A stretch of DNA of 64,000 nucleotides from an uncultured Rhodospirillaceae bacterium (GCA_913052165.1 CAJXEC010000001.1:30056-94055), one strand, 5' to 3'; shown: positions 48,984 through 60,607, counted from the stretch's first letter. Program-made: numbers and translations. The notes: generated from the sequence alone by a model not told the origin.

Positions 48984-49514
48984 GTGCTCATGTCGTCGTT
49001 TGAGTTGAATAAGATAGTCGGGGCGATCCTATGCGTAGGTTTGGTCTCATTGGTGATCAGCATGATCGGAAATGCACTGGTCCGACCGCGTGATTATCAA
49101 CCATCTGAAATGAAAATAGCGGAAGCCGCGGCACCGGCGCCGAAAAAACAAATCAAACTCGAGCCAATTGGGCCTTTACTTGCCTCGGCAAGTGTTGAAA
49201 AAGGGAAAGCCCAATCCGCGAAATGTAAGGCCTGCCATGACCTAGCGTCCTCGAGAAAGAATAAAATTGGACCGCCTCTCTGGAATATAGTGATGGAAGG
49301 AGCAGGTAAGGCTGAAGGCTTCGGCTACTCTAAAGCACTGGTCGCTATGGGGGGTAACTGGGATTACGAAGCACTCAATGGGTTTCTAGCTAACCCCAAA
49401 CGTTATCTTAAAGGGACCAAAATGGCTTTTGCCGGAATAAAAAAAGCGAAAGACCGTGCTAATTTGATTGTTTATCTGCGAAGCCTAAGTGAGACCCCTA
49501 AACCATTGCCTTAA
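48984..49514 (+). CDS. Membrane-anchored mono-haem cytochrome c
   Basis: N-terminal TM anchor, single CKACH haem-binding motif, distal Met region. 176 aa. Confidence 0.75.
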   Translation: MLMSSFELNKIVGAILCVGLVSLVISMIGNALVRPRDYQPSEMKIAEAAAPAPKKQIKLEPIGPLLASASVEKGKAQSAKCKACHDLASSRKNKIGPPLWNIVMEGAGKAEGFGYSKALVAMGGNWDYEALNGFLANPKRYLKGTKMAFAGIKKAKDRANLIVYLRSLSETPKPLP

Positions 49515-49522
49515 ACGCGCAT

Positions 49523-50320
49523 TTGGAGAGGGCTCCGTTGATAAATTTACCCGACGAGCTAACTGATTTTGCGAGCGTTCTTGCAGACATCGCGAGAGAG
49601 AGCATTACCCCTTTATTTCGATCAAACATTTTTATAGACACGAAATCAGACAACTCGCCTGTGACCCTGGCTGACAGAGAAGCCGAGGGGAATATGAGAC
49701 GGCTAATTAATCGTCAATATCCTGATCACGGTATCATCGGTGAGGAGTACGGCGATGAAAATATTAGCTCTGATTTCGTTTGGGTTCTCGATCCCATCGA
49801 TGGAACTCGGGCTTTTATCGCCGGGAAACCAACCTTCGGTACTCTCATTTCGTTGCTCTATCGAAATCAACCTGTCATTGGAATAATTGACCAACCGATA
49901 CTAAAAGAGCGATGGGTAGGCTTGGCGAAGATTGGAACAACACTTAATGGGGCGCCAATTAATACCCGATCCTGCCCCGCTTTGTCTGACGCTATACTCA
50001 ACACGACTTCTCCAGGTATCTTTGATCAATTATCACTTGCGGCATTCAATAAACTTTCTAACCAATGCAAATCCACTCTCTATGGAGGTGATTGCTACGG
50101 ATATGGTCTATTAGCTTGTGGCCTAATAGATCTCGTGGTCGAAAGCGACCTAAAACCTTATGATTTTTGTGCTCTCATTCCGGTTGTAGAGGCCGCAGGC
50201 GGGAGAATGGTCGATTGGAGTGGCGATGAACTAAGCATCCAATCATCTGGAAAAATAATTGCAGCCGGCGACCCCGGCCTATCAGACGTTGTTTTAGATA
50301 TTCTAAGCTCGAATTCTTGA
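49523..50320 (+). CDS. Inositol monophosphatase family protein (possibly histidinol-phosphatase HisN)
   Basis: IMPase motifs (DPIDGT, WVLDPIDGTRAFIAG, GDCYGY...). 265 aa. Confidence 0.7.
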   Translation: MERAPLINLPDELTDFASVLADIARESITPLFRSNIFIDTKSDNSPVTLADREAEGNMRRLINRQYPDHGIIGEEYGDENISSDFVWVLDPIDGTRAFIAGKPTFGTLISLLYRNQPVIGIIDQPILKERWVGLAKIGTTLNGAPINTRSCPALSDAILNTTSPGIFDQLSLAAFNKLSNQCKSTLYGGDCYGYGLLACGLIDLVVESDLKPYDFCALIPVVEAAGGRMVDWSGDELSIQSSGKIIAAGDPGLSDVVLDILSSNS

Positions 50321-50347
50321 CTTCAATGGCCTTAGGCCCGACAAAAA

Positions 50348-52201
50348 GTGCTATCGAGACCGGAGCATGTCATGGTAAAGTTTTTCGTTAAGATATTAAT
50401 CTCGATAACAGTTGCGATTGGCATCGGTTTACCGTCACTCGCCCAAACGCTCAGTAGCCGCCATGCACTAACATTGGGCGATAAGCCCAAGTACGAAAAA
50501 GATTTTAAAAATCTAGACTATGTAAACCCTGGCGCCCCAAAAGGAGGCAAAATCCGTCGGCACTCAATCGGAGGCTTTGACAGCTTTAATCCGTTTATCA
50601 TCAAGGGCACCCCTGCCGCAGGAATAGGCTTGGTATTTGAAACGCTAACCACCACAACAGAAGACGATGCTCTTTCAGACTATGGGTTAATTGCTGAGAC
50701 AATTACCACTCCAAGTGACCTCTCATGGGTTGAGTTCAAACTAAGGCAGAATGCGCGATTCCACGACGGGACACCTATTAATCCGGAAGACGTGATTTAT
50801 AGTTTCAAAACCCTTACAAAACAGGGGCGGCCGCACTACCGATATTACTATTCCAACGTAAAAAAAGCGGAAAAAACTGGTCCGAAAACGGTCCGTTTTC
50901 ACTTCAAAGGAAAACGAAATAGAGAACTGCCACAAATCATGGGCCAACTACCCGTAATTTCCCAAAAATGGTGGTCCCAAAGAAATTTTTCATCGACAAC
51001 GCTCGAAATTCCTCTTGGATCTGGGCCTTATAAAATCAAGAATTTTGAGCCTGGCCGTCATATCACATACGAGCGGAAAAAAGATTACTGGGGAAAGGAC
51101 TTACCGTTAAACCGCGGCAGGTATAATTTTGATGAAGTACGCTTTGATTATTACAAAGACCAATCTGTAGCAATGGAGGCATTCAAAGCCGGAGAATACG
51201 ATTTCCGTTCAGAAAATTCTTCCAAACGTTGGGCGAAAGATTACCAATTCCCTGCTCGCCGCGCCAAAAAAGTGATTGTGTCCGAACAGTCGCATACTAA
51301 CCCTGCGGGCATGCAAGCGTTCGTTTACAACTTAAGGCGTCCCAAGTTCCAAGACAAACTCCTTCGGGAGGCTTTAAGCTACGCATTTGATTTTGAGTGG
51401 TCCAATAAAAATTTGTTCTATGGGCAATACAAAAGAACTAGAAGTTTCTTCCAGAACTCCGAGCTAGCTGCCACTGGGCTTCCCTCTCCCGAAGAGCTAG
51501 AAATACTGACCCCTTTGCGAGACCACATTGATCCGCGTGTATTCCATCAGAGTTATGCACCGCCCAGAACATCAGGCGACGGACGCGTACGGGGAAACCT
51601 AAGAATTGCTCAACGCTTGCTGAAAAAGGCCGGGTGGAAAATAGAAAACACCAAACTAATAAATCCAAAGACAGGTCAACCACTAGAAATAGAATTTTTA
51701 CTGGTTTCTCCCGACTTTGAAAGGGTGGTTTTGCCTTTCATTCAAAATCTAAAGCGGCTCGGCGTAATGGGAAAAATACGTACCGTTGACCCCTCGCAAT
51801 ATCAAAACAGGATCAGAGATTTTGACTTTGATGTAATCATTTTTACCTTTGGTCAATCCAATTCTCCGGGAAACGAACAGCGTGATTTATGGTCATCCAA
51901 TGCCGCTACTCGGAAGGGTAGCTATAACATCTCGGGAATAAGAAATCTGGCCGTCGACGCCTTGGTTGATCAAATCATTAGTGCACCCAATCGAAAAAGA
52001 CTTGTTACTGCGAGCCGAGCGTTAGATAGAGTGTTGCAATGGAGCCACATCGTTATTCCGCAGTGGCATATTAGCGCTTTTAGGCTGGCTAGGTGGGATA
52101 AGTTCGGGATTTCTCCGAAGCCACCTGCCCACGGTCCTGGATTTTGGTCATGGTGGATAGATCCAGAAAAAGAGGCCTTACTGAGGTCTGCAAGAAAATG
52201 A
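50348..52201 (+). CDS. yejA: ABC transporter periplasmic substrate-binding protein, family 5 (YejA-like peptide/microcin C importer SBP), copy 1
   Basis: 617 aa with signal peptide and family-5 SBP fold. Followed by a paralogue and the yejBEF genes. Confidence 0.8.
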   Translation: MLSRPEHVMVKFFVKILISITVAIGIGLPSLAQTLSSRHALTLGDKPKYEKDFKNLDYVNPGAPKGGKIRRHSIGGFDSFNPFIIKGTPAAGIGLVFETLTTTTEDDALSDYGLIAETITTPSDLSWVEFKLRQNARFHDGTPINPEDVIYSFKTLTKQGRPHYRYYYSNVKKAEKTGPKTVRFHFKGKRNRELPQIMGQLPVISQKWWSQRNFSSTTLEIPLGSGPYKIKNFEPGRHITYERKKDYWGKDLPLNRGRYNFDEVRFDYYKDQSVAMEAFKAGEYDFRSENSSKRWAKDYQFPARRAKKVIVSEQSHTNPAGMQAFVYNLRRPKFQDKLLREALSYAFDFEWSNKNLFYGQYKRTRSFFQNSELAATGLPSPEELEILTPLRDHIDPRVFHQSYAPPRTSGDGRVRGNLRIAQRLLKKAGWKIENTKLINPKTGQPLEIEFLLVSPDFERVVLPFIQNLKRLGVMGKIRTVDPSQYQNRIRDFDFDVIIFTFGQSNSPGNEQRDLWSSNAATRKGSYNISGIRNLAVDALVDQIISAPNRKRLVTASRALDRVLQWSHIVIPQWHISAFRLARWDKFGISPKPPAHGPGFWSWWIDPEKEALLRSARK

Positions 52202-54045
52202 TTATTAATCAGCCTTGGAGATACCTGGCCTTCCTTAAATTATTGATTTGTCTTGTTTTTCTGGGAGCTCCAACTATCTCCGCTCAACAAGCTGAACATG
52301 GCATATCAGCTTTTGGTGACCTGAAATATCCGCCCGACTTTAAGCATTTTGAATACGTCAACCCCAGAGCTCCCAAGGGGGGAGCCATTAAGCTACGAGG
52401 AATTGATAGTTTCGACAGTCTAAACCCCTTTATTTTGAAAGGGGTTGAAGCGGAGGGAATTGGATTGATTTATGGCACTCTTCTCGAGCGCTCAATGGAT
52501 GAACCGGACTCGCGTTATGCTTATATAGCGAAGAGTGTCTCAGTCGCCGGTAACAGGCTTAGTGTTACGTTTGACATTGATCCGAACGCCGTGTTTAGCG
52601 ACCGAACCCCCATCACAGCCTCAGACGTGGTCTTCAGTTTTAATACACTTATGAAAGACGGACATCCGCGGTACCGAGTAATTCTGAGCAATGTAAAAAA
52701 AGCAAAAGCAATAGGAAACCGCGCGGTTCAATTCTCTTTTAAAATCCCAGCTAACAGAGATTTATTCCTACAGTTATGTGATCTTCCGGTCCTATCCAAG
52801 AAGTTTTATTCCAAGGTTCCTTTCAATAGGACATCCCTTATACCTCCTGTCGCGTCGGGCCCCTATAAGGTAAAAAAAATTAAAGCAGGTCGCAGTATAT
52901 CTTACGAGCGCATCAAAGATTTTTGGGCAAAAGATCTCCCTGTTTTGGTTGGCCGTTATAATTTCGATGAAATCCGAATTGAGTATTTTCGTGACCGAGA
53001 CATAGCCTTTGAAGCTTTTTTCGCCGGCGAATACGATTTCCGTGAAGAATTCACCTCTCGCGCTTGGGCAACACAATATGATCGCCCCCCTGTACTCAAA
53101 GGAGAGATAAAGCGTGAAACGCTCTCCGACAATAGACCATCTGGAGTTCAAGCATTCTTTTTTAATCAGAGAAGACAAAAATTTAAGGATCGGCGTGTTC
53201 GTCAGGCTTTGGATCTTGCTTTTGACTTTGAGTGGACAAATAAAACTCTTTTTTTCAACGCATATATGCGAACCAATTCGATGTATGAAAACAGTGAACT
53301 TGCAGCCCATTCAGTTCCCACCAAGAACGAGCTCCAGCTGTTAAATCCACTAAAATCGCAAGTCCCACCAGAGGTATTTCGAAACCCTTATCAGTCGCCC
53401 AAATCAGACGGCTCAGGGCGAAATAGAGCAAACCTTCGGAAGGCCGCTAAATTACTGAGAGATGCTGGATGGACAGTGAAGGAAAATCGTCAGTTATTTA
53501 ATGCTAATGGAAAACCACTCACGATAGAGTTTTTACTTTTTGAAGCTTCCTTTACAAGGATAATAAATCCCTACATTCAAAACTTACGGCGAATTGGGAT
53601 TAAGTCTTCAATAAGAATTGTCGATGTAGCAAACTTTCAAAACCGCCTAAAAACATATGATTTTGATGTAATCGTCCAACGTTACATTCAACCCAACACC
53701 CCGGGAATTGAACAAAAAACCTATTTTTCCTCCGAAGTAGCTGACGCTCCAGGATCGCGTAATGTGGGTGGCATAAAGGACCCTGCCGTTGATCAATTAA
53801 TAACAAAAATAATCGAAGCCAAAAATAGAAAAGACTTGGTAACGGCGACAAGAGCTCTGGATCGCGTTTTAATGTGGAATAATTACGTTGTCCCTCAATG
53901 GTATAAGGGGTCTCACAATATTGCTTACTGGAATAAATTTTCTCGTCCTGCCAAAAAACCCTTATATGATTTGGGAGTTTTGGATACATGGTGGCTCAAT
54001 CCGGCTAAAGGGCAAAATAGAGATGATAAGATGGATAAAAAATAG
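52198..54045 (+). CDS. yejA: ABC transporter substrate-binding protein, family 5 (YejA-like), copy 2
   Basis: Paralogue of the preceding SBP (same motif order, e.g. YVNP.APKGG, GEYDFR). The ATG at 52198 overlaps the TGA of copy 1 (ATGA). The ORF-track start at 52144 is rejected. Confidence 0.8.
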   Translation: MIINQPWRYLAFLKLLICLVFLGAPTISAQQAEHGISAFGDLKYPPDFKHFEYVNPRAPKGGAIKLRGIDSFDSLNPFILKGVEAEGIGLIYGTLLERSMDEPDSRYAYIAKSVSVAGNRLSVTFDIDPNAVFSDRTPITASDVVFSFNTLMKDGHPRYRVILSNVKKAKAIGNRAVQFSFKIPANRDLFLQLCDLPVLSKKFYSKVPFNRTSLIPPVASGPYKVKKIKAGRSISYERIKDFWAKDLPVLVGRYNFDEIRIEYFRDRDIAFEAFFAGEYDFREEFTSRAWATQYDRPPVLKGEIKRETLSDNRPSGVQAFFFNQRRQKFKDRRVRQALDLAFDFEWTNKTLFFNAYMRTNSMYENSELAAHSVPTKNELQLLNPLKSQVPPEVFRNPYQSPKSDGSGRNRANLRKAAKLLRDAGWTVKENRQLFNANGKPLTIEFLLFEASFTRIINPYIQNLRRIGIKSSIRIVDVANFQNRLKTYDFDVIVQRYIQPNTPGIEQKTYFSSEVADAPGSRNVGGIKDPAVDQLITKIIEAKNRKDLVTATRALDRVLMWNNYVVPQWYKGSHNIAYWNKFSRPAKKPLYDLGVLDTWWLNPAKGQNRDDKMDKK

Positions 54046-54096
54046 CCTTTCGATGGTCGCCATGAGCTCGTTATTAAAATCTAAAATTGGTGCAAA

Positions 54097-55218
54097 ATGG
54101 CTACCTACATAGTACGCCGTTTACTATTAATAATCCCGACTTTGTTTGGGATCATGGTAATAAATTTTGCCATTGTGCAATTTGCTCCGGGGGGACCTGT
54201 CGAGCAGCTTATCGCTCAAATCACCGGTTCTGATGTTGGGGCAACAGCTCGGATCAGCGGGGGTAGCGGAACCGAAACAAGAGCCTCTAGCAATACCGCC
54301 TCTACAAGCGGAATTGGTTCAACTGGCGTAAACTCTAAATATCGCGGAGCGCAGGGTCTTGATCCCGAATTTGTAAAACAGCTCGAGAAACAATTTGGTT
54401 TCGACAAGCCAATTCACGAGCGATTTTTCAAAATGATGGGCAACTACCTAATGTTTGATTTTGGAACATCATACTTCCGGGATGAAACCGTGATCAACTT
54501 GGTTCTTGAGAAGATGCCTGTATCTATCTCATTAGGTCTTTGGACTACTTTATTAGTTTACCTAATTTCAATCCCATTAGGCGTACGAAAGGCGGTTTTA
54601 GATGGGAGCCGCTTTGACATCTGGACCAGCAGTATAATAATCGTTGGAAACGCTATACCCAGCTTCTTGTTTGCAGTGCTCTTAGTGGTTTTATTTTGTG
54701 GCGGAAGCTATCTGGACTGGTTTCCACTCCGTGGCTTGGTTTCAGAAAATTTCGATCAACTTTCATTGGCAGGGAAAATTCTCGACTATCTCTGGCACAT
54801 GGTGCTCCCCGTAACGGCGCTTGTAATAGGAGGATTTGCAGCTCTGACCTTTCTTACCAAGAATTCATTCCTTGATCAGATAAATCAACAATATGTGTTA
54901 ACAGCGCGGGCCAAGGGACTGGCAGAAAGCAGGGTCCTATATGGGCACGTCTTCAGAAATGCGATGCTTATTGTTATCGCGGGATTTCCTGGCGCCTTCG
55001 TCGGTATATTGTTCACAGGCTCTTTATTAATTGAGATTATCTTTTCACTTGATGGCCTCGGCTTACTAGGCTTTGAGGCAGTCATCAAGAGAGATTATCC
55101 GGTAATGTTTGGTTCCCTTTTCTTTTTTACTCTTCTTGGCCTTGTCATGAAACTAATTGGCGATTTGACCTATATGATAATCGACCCCAGGATCGATTTC
55201 GAGGCAAGAGATGTCTGA
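54097..55218 (+). CDS. yejB: ABC transporter permease (YejB-like)
   Basis: 373 aa permease, DppB/OppB-like. EAA-type loop present. Confidence 0.8.
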   Translation: MATYIVRRLLLIIPTLFGIMVINFAIVQFAPGGPVEQLIAQITGSDVGATARISGGSGTETRASSNTASTSGIGSTGVNSKYRGAQGLDPEFVKQLEKQFGFDKPIHERFFKMMGNYLMFDFGTSYFRDETVINLVLEKMPVSISLGLWTTLLVYLISIPLGVRKAVLDGSRFDIWTSSIIIVGNAIPSFLFAVLLVVLFCGGSYLDWFPLRGLVSENFDQLSLAGKILDYLWHMVLPVTALVIGGFAALTFLTKNSFLDQINQQYVLTARAKGLAESRVLYGHVFRNAMLIVIAGFPGAFVGILFTGSLLIEIIFSLDGLGLLGFEAVIKRDYPVMFGSLFFFTLLGLVMKLIGDLTYMIIDPRIDFEARDV

Positions 55219-56296
55219 GAGCTCTTCTCATAGCAATCAGCCAGTTAAACAATCCACCTTTTGTGGGAAAAAAATTTCGCCGCTTACCGCTCGACGGCTC
55301 CATAATTTTCGCGCGAACAAGCGTGGATACTGGTCGATGTGGATCTTTTTGGTGTTATTTTTAGTTACTTTGTTTGCAGAATTTATCGCTAACGACTCCC
55401 CTCTAGTCGTTCGGTACAAGGGGGATTTTTATTTTCCCATCTTCAAGGTCTATCCCGAGACTACCTTCGGAGGTGACTTTTTGACCGAGGCAGAATACCG
55501 AGAGCGAGATGTTCAAGATTTGATCGAAAAAAGTGGGGGGTGGATATTATGGCCTCCAATTCGCTTTTCATACGAAACAGTGAATTTTGCTCTGAAGGAA
55601 CCAGCACCATCGCCACCCACTTTTGAAAATCTGCTGGGAACAGATGATCAAGCTAGAGATGTGTTTGCCCGGGTCCTCTATGGTTTTAGGATTTCGGTGC
55701 TATTTGGCATCGTATTGACTGTTGCTTCAACTGTGATTGGGATAGCCGCTGGTGCGGTCCAAGGCTACTTCGGAGGCTGGACAGATCTACTTTTCCAGAG
55801 GTTTATCGAGATCTGGTCAGGCCTGCCGCGGCTTTTTCTACTGATTATACTTGCCAGCATCATTGAACCTAATTTTTGGATCTTACTAGGGTTGCTGCTG
55901 CTCTTCGAATGGATGGCCCTGGAAGGAGTTGTCAGAGCTGAATTTTTGCGCACAAGAAATTTTGATTATGTTCGAGCTGCGCGAGCTTTAGGTGTCGATA
56001 ATCTTACTATTATGCGCCGGCACATTCTGCCAAACGCCATGACGGCTGCCCTGACTTTCTTGCCATTCGTATTGATCGGATCAATAACAGCTCTCACCTC
56101 CCTTGATTTTCTTGGATTTGGACTACCTCCGGGATCTCCCTCGCTGGGCGAATTATTGGCTCAGGGGAAATCCAATCTCCAGGCGCCCTGGCTTGGGCTT
56201 ACAGCCTTCTTTGTTCTTGCGCTTATGCTCTCTCTCTTGATCTTCATCGGAGAGGCAATTCGTGACGCCTTCGATCCAAGGAAGACGCTGGTCTGA
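55211..56296 (+). CDS. yejE: ABC transporter permease (YejE-like)
   Basis: 361 aa permease, DppC/OppC-like. Overlaps yejB by 8 bp. Confidence 0.8.
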   Translation: MSESSSHSNQPVKQSTFCGKKISPLTARRLHNFRANKRGYWSMWIFLVLFLVTLFAEFIANDSPLVVRYKGDFYFPIFKVYPETTFGGDFLTEAEYRERDVQDLIEKSGGWILWPPIRFSYETVNFALKEPAPSPPTFENLLGTDDQARDVFARVLYGFRISVLFGIVLTVASTVIGIAAGAVQGYFGGWTDLLFQRFIEIWSGLPRLFLLIILASIIEPNFWILLGLLLLFEWMALEGVVRAEFLRTRNFDYVRAARALGVDNLTIMRRHILPNAMTAALTFLPFVLIGSITALTSLDFLGFGLPPGSPSLGELLAQGKSNLQAPWLGLTAFFVLALMLSLLIFIGEAIRDAFDPRKTLV

Positions 56297-57930
56297 TGAT
56301 TGACCCAAGTCCAGCATTACTGCGAGTTGAAAATCTATCAGTAGCCTTCAAACAAGGTGATAAAGAAGCAGTGGCTGTAAAGGATGTTTCTTTTGATATT
56401 TATAAAGGAGAGACAGTCGCTCTTGTAGGTGAAAGCGGATCAGGTAAATCTGTAAGCGCTTTATCTATTTTACAGCTTCTGCCATATCCGCTTGCCACAC
56501 ACCCAACAGGCAATATCTACTTTGCCGGGGAGGATATTTTTCGAGCAACGCCAGACAGACTCCGTGAAATAAGGGGAAATCGAATCGGGATGATTTTTCA
56601 GGAACCTATGACATCCCTTAATCCCCTTCACACGATTGAAAAACAGATTGGAGAGGTGTTGATCCTTCACAAAAAAACTCGACGAATTTCTGTTCGGGAG
56701 CACGTGAGCGAACTTCTCAAAAAGGTGGGCCTAGACAGAGTGGAGGAAAGGCTCGGGGCCTATCCACATCAATTATCTGGCGGGCAAAGACAAAGGGTAA
56801 TGATAGCAATGGCCCTTGCAAATGAGCCAGAGATAATGATTGCTGATGAGCCTACGACGGCCCTTGATGTAACCATTCAGGCTCAAATTCTATCGGTTTT
56901 AAAGGAACTACAAACAAAGCAAAAAATGGCCATGTTGATAATCACTCATGACCTTGGGGTAGTTCGAAAAGTTGCTGACCGGGTTTTTGTGATGACCCAG
57001 GGCCAAATCGTAGAGTCTGGTAAAACCGAACAAATTTTCCGTAACCCCCAACACGCCTATACAAAACATCTACTGGCGTCAGAGCTCAAGGGAACCACCG
57101 CCCTCGAATCTCCCGAGTCCCCGGTCATACTTAAAGCTGATGATTTGAAAGTCTGGTTTCCCATAAAGCGTGGCCTCCTTCGACGAACCAAGGGTTATGT
57201 TAAGGCGGTAGACGGCGTTACCCTCAAGATCAAGGAGGGGCAAACAGTTGGAATAGTGGGCGAAAGCGGATCAGGAAAGACCACCTTTGCTCTTGGGTTG
57301 CTGCGACTCGAGCGGAGTTCAGGAAGGATTATATACCAGGGGACAGATATAAGTGAACTTAGTTGGAAAGAGATGCGTCCACTTAGGGCAGAAATGCAAA
57401 TCGTGTTTCAAGACCCATATGGATCGTTAAGCCCGCGTCTCTCTGTTGGTCAAATCATCGAGGAGGGGTTGCGCATTCATCAAAGCGGAATGGATCTGGT
57501 ACGGCGCCAAAAAATAATTATAGATGTCTTACGCGAGGTCGGATTGGATCCCGAGACCCAAGACAGGTATCCTCATGAATTTTCAGGCGGTCAACGGCAA
57601 AGAATTGCTATAGCCAGAGCACTAATACTCAAACCCAAGCTAATCGTGCTGGATGAGCCGACATCGGCTCTTGACGTATCAGTTCAAGCCCAAATCGTGA
57701 ATCTACTGAGGGATTTGCAGATAAGATATAAAATTTCATATCTTTTCATCAGCCACGATTTAAAAGTGGTGCGAGCGCTAGCAGATCAACTAATTGTAAT
57801 GAGAAACGGGAAAGTTGTAGAGCAAGGTAAGTCCTCAGAAATCTTCAAGAATCCCTCAACCAACTATACAAGGGAATTGCTTTCTGCCGCTCTTAACTTA
57901 GAAACATCGGAAAATACGCGTATAAATTGA
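56296..57930 (+). CDS. yejF: ABC transporter ATP-binding protein with duplicated ATPase domains (YejF-like)
   Basis: Two Walker A (GESGSGKS twice), two LSGGQRQR signatures, two Walker B. 544 aa. Confidence 0.85.
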   Translation: MIDPSPALLRVENLSVAFKQGDKEAVAVKDVSFDIYKGETVALVGESGSGKSVSALSILQLLPYPLATHPTGNIYFAGEDIFRATPDRLREIRGNRIGMIFQEPMTSLNPLHTIEKQIGEVLILHKKTRRISVREHVSELLKKVGLDRVEERLGAYPHQLSGGQRQRVMIAMALANEPEIMIADEPTTALDVTIQAQILSVLKELQTKQKMAMLIITHDLGVVRKVADRVFVMTQGQIVESGKTEQIFRNPQHAYTKHLLASELKGTTALESPESPVILKADDLKVWFPIKRGLLRRTKGYVKAVDGVTLKIKEGQTVGIVGESGSGKTTFALGLLRLERSSGRIIYQGTDISELSWKEMRPLRAEMQIVFQDPYGSLSPRLSVGQIIEEGLRIHQSGMDLVRRQKIIIDVLREVGLDPETQDRYPHEFSGGQRQRIAIARALILKPKLIVLDEPTSALDVSVQAQIVNLLRDLQIRYKISYLFISHDLKVVRALADQLIVMRNGKVVEQGKSSEIFKNPSTNYTRELLSAALNLETSENTRIN

Positions 57931-58062
57931 TCTATTCTGGTGTAATTTTTTCTCCGAAATTTTCAGAAACCACTAAATCATTACACTCGGACTGAAATCT
58001 TCCATTCTCACATAATAGGGGAGTAAAGCTGTAAATTTTTCCTATCAAAAATTATTAGGTTT

Positions 58063-59448
58063 TCAGTTTTTTCCGAAACGCCTCTGGATGACATTAAAAA
58101 GAGCTCGAACCCCCATTGCCTCTCCTCCAATTGGACGGCCGGGCCGATTACGACTGTTCCATGCCATTATATCAAAGTGTACCCAGGGGGTCTTTTCACT
58201 GACAAACTCTTGCAGATAGAGGGCCGCTGTTATCGCGCCACCTTGCCCGATTGACCCAACATTATTTACGTCTGCCACGGGACTGTCGATAAGGTGACGA
58301 TAACCCTTCCAAAGGGGCAAGCGCCATGTCGGATCGTCAACAGCCTGTCCCGCAAGCGATATATCTGAAGCCAAGCGGTCGTCATTACAAAAATACGCTG
58401 AGAGCTCTGGGCCCAGGGCAATCCGCGCTGCACCTGTCAATGTTGAGTAATCGGCAAGAAGTTCGGGCGACTCTTCCTCGGCTAGCGAGAGCGCATCGCA
58501 CATTACCAACCTTCCCTCGGCATCAGTATTTCCTATTTCCACGGTAATACCAGCGCGGGTCTTTATCACATCAGCGGGATGATACGCGTTACCTGAAACA
58601 GAATTTTCTACTGCTCCGATTAAAACGCGGAGCCTTACATCAAGGCGAGCATCCATGACCATGTGTGCAAGGCCCAATACACAAGCGGCACCCCCCATAT
58701 CTTTTTTCATCCGCAACATTCCAGATGCTGTCTTAAGATCTAAACCGCCGGTATCAAAACAAACTCCCTTGCCTACTAAGGTCACTTTAGGAGCCCGAGG
58801 ACGACCCCATGTAAAATCTATAAGACGGGGAGGTTTTGAAGATGCGCGCCCCACAGCATGAATCGTCGGAAAGTTCTCCTTAAGCAAGGCATCACCCACG
58901 ATTGTTCGAAACTTAGCCTTGTGAAGCCGAGCAAGTTTCCGCGCAGCATTGGCTAGCTCAGGAGGCCCCATATCTTCAGCAGGAGTATTGATCAAATCCC
59001 TGACCATAAAAACTGCATCCACTGAACGGATTACTGCATCCCTGTCGCAACCTTTAGGCCATACTAGATTAGGGAACTTCCTAGAGTTCTTTTGAGTTTT
59101 ATATTTTTCGAATCTGTAGCATGCCAGTGCCCAGCCGACAGCCAAGTCGGTGGCGAGCTGCTTTTTTAATTTTGTCTTAATGAAATAAGTTCCCATAGCA
59201 AGGTTTTCAGGCAAACCAGCTAAGGCCCAAATACCTATTGCCTCCTGTGTTCCAACCAATACCTCAGAAAGGGTACCTCCTGGACCAGGCACCAAACAAT
59301 GAGCGCCCGCCTCCGCTCTAAAGCCTGAAGCTTTTACCCAGGTTTTAACAAAAGATGGCTGTTCCTTAATCCATTCATCGAAGGTCGTTGTCGCGATCAG
59401 ACTGATCGCTATAGCATCTCTAGAGGAGGAAAAAAATTTATAGCTCAT
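58063..59448 (-). CDS. M17 leucyl aminopeptidase family protein
   Basis: NTDAEGRL signature, GKG.CFDTGG, and the catalytic domain of the M17 family. 461 aa. The N-terminal domain is shorter than in PepA. Confidence 0.8.
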   Translation of the reverse strand: MSYKFFSSSRDAIAISLIATTTFDEWIKEQPSFVKTWVKASGFRAEAGAHCLVPGPGGTLSEVLVGTQEAIGIWALAGLPENLAMGTYFIKTKLKKQLATDLAVGWALACYRFEKYKTQKNSRKFPNLVWPKGCDRDAVIRSVDAVFMVRDLINTPAEDMGPPELANAARKLARLHKAKFRTIVGDALLKENFPTIHAVGRASSKPPRLIDFTWGRPRAPKVTLVGKGVCFDTGGLDLKTASGMLRMKKDMGGAACVLGLAHMVMDARLDVRLRVLIGAVENSVSGNAYHPADVIKTRAGITVEIGNTDAEGRLVMCDALSLAEEESPELLADYSTLTGAARIALGPELSAYFCNDDRLASDISLAGQAVDDPTWRLPLWKGYRHLIDSPVADVNNVGSIGQGGAITAALYLQEFVSEKTPWVHFDIMAWNSRNRPGRPIGGEAMGVRALFNVIQRRFGKN

Positions 59449-59530
59449 TGGCTCGTCCCATTACGAAAGGTGTTGGTTTAGTGAAATATCCAGCTAACAT
59501 CAGCTTTTGGTCTCTAGCTAGGGGCAAAAA

Positions 59531-60607
59531 TTAAGAGCCAAGGGCGTCGTTTAAATTACTTACTATATCTCCCATGTCTTCAGCGCCATTAACCCGGGTG
59601 CCGATCGCGATGTGCGGGCTAAGAACTGCATTTTTATATCTGCGAAATGGATCGTCTATCTCACCAGGTTCCTGATAATGTACATCCATACCTATACCTC
59701 CAAGATGACCTGACTCGAGATACTCCAACAAAGCTTCCCTCCGAATGATGTCTGCCCTGGCAATATTGACAATTATCGTATTGGGCTGCGTCATCTCCAA
59801 AAGTTCCCTCCCAATCATACCCCGGGTACCCTCATTCAGCGGCACATGGATTGAAATAAAATCCGACTCTTGGAAAAGACCTTCTATTGGCCTGTAAGAT
59901 GCGTTGAACTGTTTTTCTAGATCTTTTGAGAGTTGATTACGCTGAGCATAAAGAATTTTCATATCGAAGGCATTTGCCCATCTGGCAACTTCACGACCTA
60001 CAGAGCCCAGACCAACTAACCCCAACGTCGACCCACGCATATTCTTTATACCGTTTATCCTGGCCCAGTTAGAGTTAGCAGTGTGTTTGCGGTTGTAAAT
60101 TCGGGCTGGCCACCCTTCTGCCTGCAACTCCTCGATCGTTAAAAGTTTATTAGTCTCTACCAGTTTTTTTCCGAGGGTCATCATCAGCGCAAACGCATGC
60201 TCACCAACAGCGACGTTTACCCGTCGAAAAAATGGCTTAACGATTACTCCCCGCGCCTCACAAGCCGCCTCATCAATATTACGCATATCCGTGCGAAAAT
60301 TATGACAAATTTTAATTTTTGGACCAGAATCGAGTTGTTTTTGTCCGAATATATAATCTTCAACCACAACTGCATCTGCTTCTTTGAGCGAGTTATCGAG
60401 TTCTTCCTGGCTATGAGTTAAAATCACCGTTGCCGGAAATACATCTGTATATTTCTTCCGCAGACCATCTCGCCATTTTCTGAACTCCGGCATGTCTACA
60501 GAATAATAATCCTCAAATGCATCGACACGGTCTCCTGGGCAATCCGGATCCAATATGACGCTGAGTGCCCGTATTATATGATCATCTTGGACGACAATGG
60601 TGGTCAT
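59531..60607 (-). CDS. D-isomer-specific 2-hydroxyacid dehydrogenase family protein (NAD-binding)
   Basis: GLVGLGSVG Rossmann motif, catalytic R/E/H pattern of the family. 358 aa. Confidence 0.75.
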   Translation of the reverse strand: MTTIVVQDDHIIRALSVILDPDCPGDRVDAFEDYYSVDMPEFRKWRDGLRKKYTDVFPATVILTHSQEELDNSLKEADAVVVEDYIFGQKQLDSGPKIKICHNFRTDMRNIDEAACEARGVIVKPFFRRVNVAVGEHAFALMMTLGKKLVETNKLLTIEELQAEGWPARIYNRKHTANSNWARINGIKNMRGSTLGLVGLGSVGREVARWANAFDMKILYAQRNQLSKDLEKQFNASYRPIEGLFQESDFISIHVPLNEGTRGMIGRELLEMTQPNTIIVNIARADIIRREALLEYLESGHLGGIGMDVHYQEPGEIDDPFRRYKNAVLSPHIAIGTRVNGAEDMGDIVSNLNDALGS

